Shown here piece after piece: positions 60,666 to 64,000 of a stretch of 64,000 nucleotides of DNA; the stretch's first letter is position 1; every line of letters starts with the position of its first letter. The stretch comes from Mobula hypostoma (lineage: Eukaryota): the NCBI RefSeq assembly GCF_963921235.1, contig NC_086108.1, positions 105,340,001 through 105,404,000 on the forward strand, in the 5' to 3' direction. The notes beneath the pieces were generated by a model. That model was not told the DNA's origin and ran no database searches. It worked only from the letters and a program-made list of their open reading frames with translations. The position numbers and the translations under genes were made by a program.

Positions 60666-62290
60666 ATGTGTTTATCCTTGGATATTTGTAATTGGGAAGA
60701 GGATTTCCAGCCCAATGATATTCTCCACATCTCTTCCAACTTTTTGGGAGAAGCAATTTTCCCTCAGCTCTTACCTAAAACCTACATCAGTTATCTTAAA
60801 TTGCCACCTTTGTCTTGCTGGGAACTCACTTCATCTAATTCCAACTGGCTTGGAAAAAAATTAAGTCAAACAAGCCATTTTTATCAACTCTTAATGTAAA
60901 ATTACATCTTTGATTATGCAAAGTAATTTTTTTTTTTGCTTCATCTGTAAAGGACACCCCAGGCTCCTTGTATCTGTGGCAGCTTTTGAAAAAACCTGCT
61001 CTATATAGACAAAATCCTCGCTGTGTTTCCTCACAGTCCTTCTAATTTTTCCTCTTTAATTTTTTTTTCTGATTCCCTTTTGAAATGTTATGTGAGTCAT
61101 CTTCCAACACTCTCATAGGAAATGAATTTCTGATCATAACTCTGTACAAAATAAAGTTTTTCTCATCATCCATCTAGTGATTCTGGAGACTACTTTTACA
61201 GTTTCTTTGGAACTGTGTTGATGCATTTTGAGTACCCAGTCAACCACTGAAAATATTCAGAGATTGCTATTAGAATCATAGAGTAATAAAGCAGAGAAAT
61301 AGGCCATTTGGCCCATCATGTCCATACTGGCCAAAATGCTCATCTAAGCAAGACCCATTTCCGTGTGTTTGACCTATATCCCTCCAATAAGGGCAGAATT
61401 AGTAAACCATTTGGCCCACTCTGTCTGCTCTGCTATTCCATCATAGACTCCTCTTGTCCATATACACATCTAAATGACTTTAAAAAAATTGTTATTGCAT
61501 CTCGTGGTAACTGCACTTGCCCATCTATTGAGATGTTCTCACAAACATTGATCTCACTTTAAGGTTTCATGTTCTTGTTATTTATTGCTATTTATTTATA
61601 CTGGCATTTGCAAAGTTTGTTGTCTTCCACACTCTAGTTGATCTTTCATTGATCCTGTTTATAGTTACTATTCTATAGACTTGCTGAGTGTGCCCACCGG
61701 AAAGTAAATCTCAGGGTAGCATATGTGACATGTATGTACCTTAATAATAAATTTACTTTGAACTTTTCCTCAACCACTCCTCAGGCAGCTTATTCCATCA
61801 GCTGTTAAATAAAGAAGCTGGCCGATAAGACCATAAGATCTAGGAGAAAGATTAGGCCATTCAGCCCATTAAGTCTGCTTTACCATTCAAGCATAGCTGA
61901 TTTATCTCTGCATGTCATTCTTCTGCCTACTCCCTATAGACTTTGACACCCTTACGAATCAATAGCCTTGATTTGGCCTCCACAGCATCTATGGAAACAA
62001 GTTCCACAGATTCACCTTCCTCTGGCATTGTTTCGCTGAACCTGAACCAACATACCTCATGACTAAAGAAATCATGAGAGAAGAAAGAACATTGACTACT
62101 GTATCTGTATGATCTGAAATATGCACTAGAAAAAGTAACTGCCTACCAAAAGCAAAGGGCAACAATCAAGCTTAGAGGTGACAAAGCCATTAATGATGAC
62201 ATCATCAATAATCCTAGTGAAGGGTCTCAATCCGAAACGTCGACTGTTTACTCTCATCCTTAAATGCCACCTGGCCTGCTGAGTTCCTCC

Positions 62291-64000
62291 AGCATTGTAA
62301 GAAAGATGGATGAGCTTAGAGCATGGATTGATACCTGGAAATATGATGTTGTAGCTATTAGTGAAACATGGTTGCAGGAGGGGTGTGATTGGCAACTAAA
62401 TATTCCTGGATTTCGTTGCTTCAGGTTTGATAGAATAGGAGGGGCAAGAGGAGGAGGTGTTGCATTGCTTGTCAGAGAAAATATAACAGCAGTGCTGTGG
62501 CAGGATAGATTAGTGGACTCATCTAGGGAGGCTATTTGGGCAGAATTGAGGAATGGGAAAAGAGTAGTGACACTTAAAGGGGTGTATTATAGACCACCTA
62601 ATGGGAAGCGAGAATTGGAGGAACAAATTTGTAAGGAGATAGCAGATATTTGTAGTAAGCACAAGGTTGTGATTGTGGGAGATATTAATTTTCCACACAT
62701 TGACTGGGAAGCCCATTCTGTAAAAGGGCTGGATGGTCTGGAGTTTGTAAAATGTGTGCAAGATAGTTTTTTGCAACAATACATAGAGGTACCAACTAGA
62801 GAAGGGGCAGTGTTGGATTTCCTGTTAGGGAATGAGATAGGGCAGGCGACGGAGGTTTGTGTTGGGGAGCACTTCGAGTCCAGTGATCACAATACCATTA
62901 GTTTCAATATAATTATGGAGAAGGATAGGATTGGACCCAGGGTTGAGATTTTTGATTGGAGAAAGGCTAACTTTGAGAGGATGCGAAAGAATTTAGAAGG
63001 AATGGATTGGGACAATTTGTTTTATGGGAAGGATGTAATAGAGAAATGGAGGTCATTTAAAGGTGAAATTTTAAGGGTACAGGATCTTTATGTTCCTGTT
63101 AGGTTGAAAGGAAAGGTTAAAAGTTTGAGAGAGCTATGGTTTCCAAGGGATATTGAAAATTTGGTTCGGAAAAAGAGAGGGATCTACAATAAATATAGGC
63201 AGCTTGGAATAAATGAGGTGCTTGAGGAATATAAAGAATGTAAAATGAATCTTAAGAAAGAAATTAGAAAAGCTGAAAGAAGATACAAGGCTGCTTTGAC
63301 AAGTAAGGTGAAAATAAATCCAAAGGGTTTCTACAGTTATATTAATAGCAAAAGGATAGTGAGGGATAAAACTGGTCCCTTAGAGAATCAGAGTGGACGG
63401 CTATGTGCGGATCCAAAAGAGATGGGGGAGATTTTGAACAATTTTTTTTCTTCGGTGTTCACTAAGGAGAAGGATATTGAATCGGGTAAGGTAAAGGAAA
63501 CAAGAAGGGTAGTTATAGAAAGTATGATGATTAAAGAAGAGGAAGTACTGGTGCTTTTAAGGAATATAAAAGTGGATAAGTCTCCGGGGCTGGACAGGAT
63601 ATTCCCGAGGACCTTGAGGGAAGTTAGTGTGGAAATAGCAGAGGCTCTGACAGAAATATTTCAAATGTCATTAGAAACTGGAATGGTGCCGGAGGATTGG
63701 CGTGTTGCTCATGTTGTTCCATTGTTTAAAAAGGGTTCTAAGAGTAAACCTAGTAATTATCGGCCTGTGAGTTTGACGTCAGTGGTGGGTAAATTGATGG
63801 AAAGTATTCTTAGAGATGGTATATGTAATTATCTGGATAGACAGGGTCTGATTAGGAACAGTCAACATGGATTTGTGCGTGGAAGGTCATGTCTGACAAA
63901 TCTTATTGAATTTTTTGATGAGGTTACTAGGAATGTTGACGAGGGTAAAGCGGTGGATGTTGTCGATATGGACTTCAGTAAGGCCTTTGACAAGGTTCCA
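62291..64000 (+). mobile_element. CR1 LINE ORF2 (APE endonuclease, linker and start of RT), open to the window end
   Basis: My translation gives 570 codons without a stop: YDVVAISETWL, RGGGVALLV, YYRPP, VGDINFP, SDHN, KSPGLDRI, NYRPVSLTS, SQHGF, DFSKAFDKVP. It is missing from the ORF track because there is no stop in the window. Confidence 0.95.

Noticed and set aside
43125..62246. Additional active hammerheads (43125, 43540, 45395, 46085, 48640, 52580, 62215)
   Set aside because: Each has a mutated CUGANGA or GAAA box or a broken helix II, so they are counted as relics only.

Overview
This is a eukaryotic, vertebrate, repeat-dense non-coding window with no recognisable host protein-coding gene. 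The repeat inventory (V-SINE/HE1-like SINEs, CR1/HER1-like LINEs, Rex1/Babar, Neptune-type Penelope elements) points to a cartilaginous fish, probably a ray; this assignment is inference. Nearly all ORFs in the track are transposon relics or products of tandem repeats. Supported elements: many CR1 fragments (one has an uninterrupted 570-codon endonuclease-RT frame running off the window end), Rex1/Babar fragments, an L1 3' end, an RTE fragment, two solo LTRs with TSDs, Tc1 relics, Tc1- and hAT-type MITEs, SINEs and minisatellites. The most interesting layer is RNA-level. (i) Roughly 28 Penelope pseudo-LTR tails are present; three retain an intact minimal type-I hammerhead ribozyme core and several are arranged as inverted pairs joined at the ribozyme. 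(ii) Two different RTE-type non-autonomous elements fold at their 5' ends into decayed HDV-like double pseudoknots with an enlarged L3 loop. Other notable structures are a dispersed element family carrying a 27-bp-period array whose unit differs between copies, a MITE-bounded composite carrying a G-quadruplex minisatellite, and a CR1 insertion that captured an inverted copy of nearby DNA. Unique AT-rich islands with developmental TF motifs suggest an intron or gene desert with conserved enhancers. All calls were made by eye; boundaries without a TSD are approximate.
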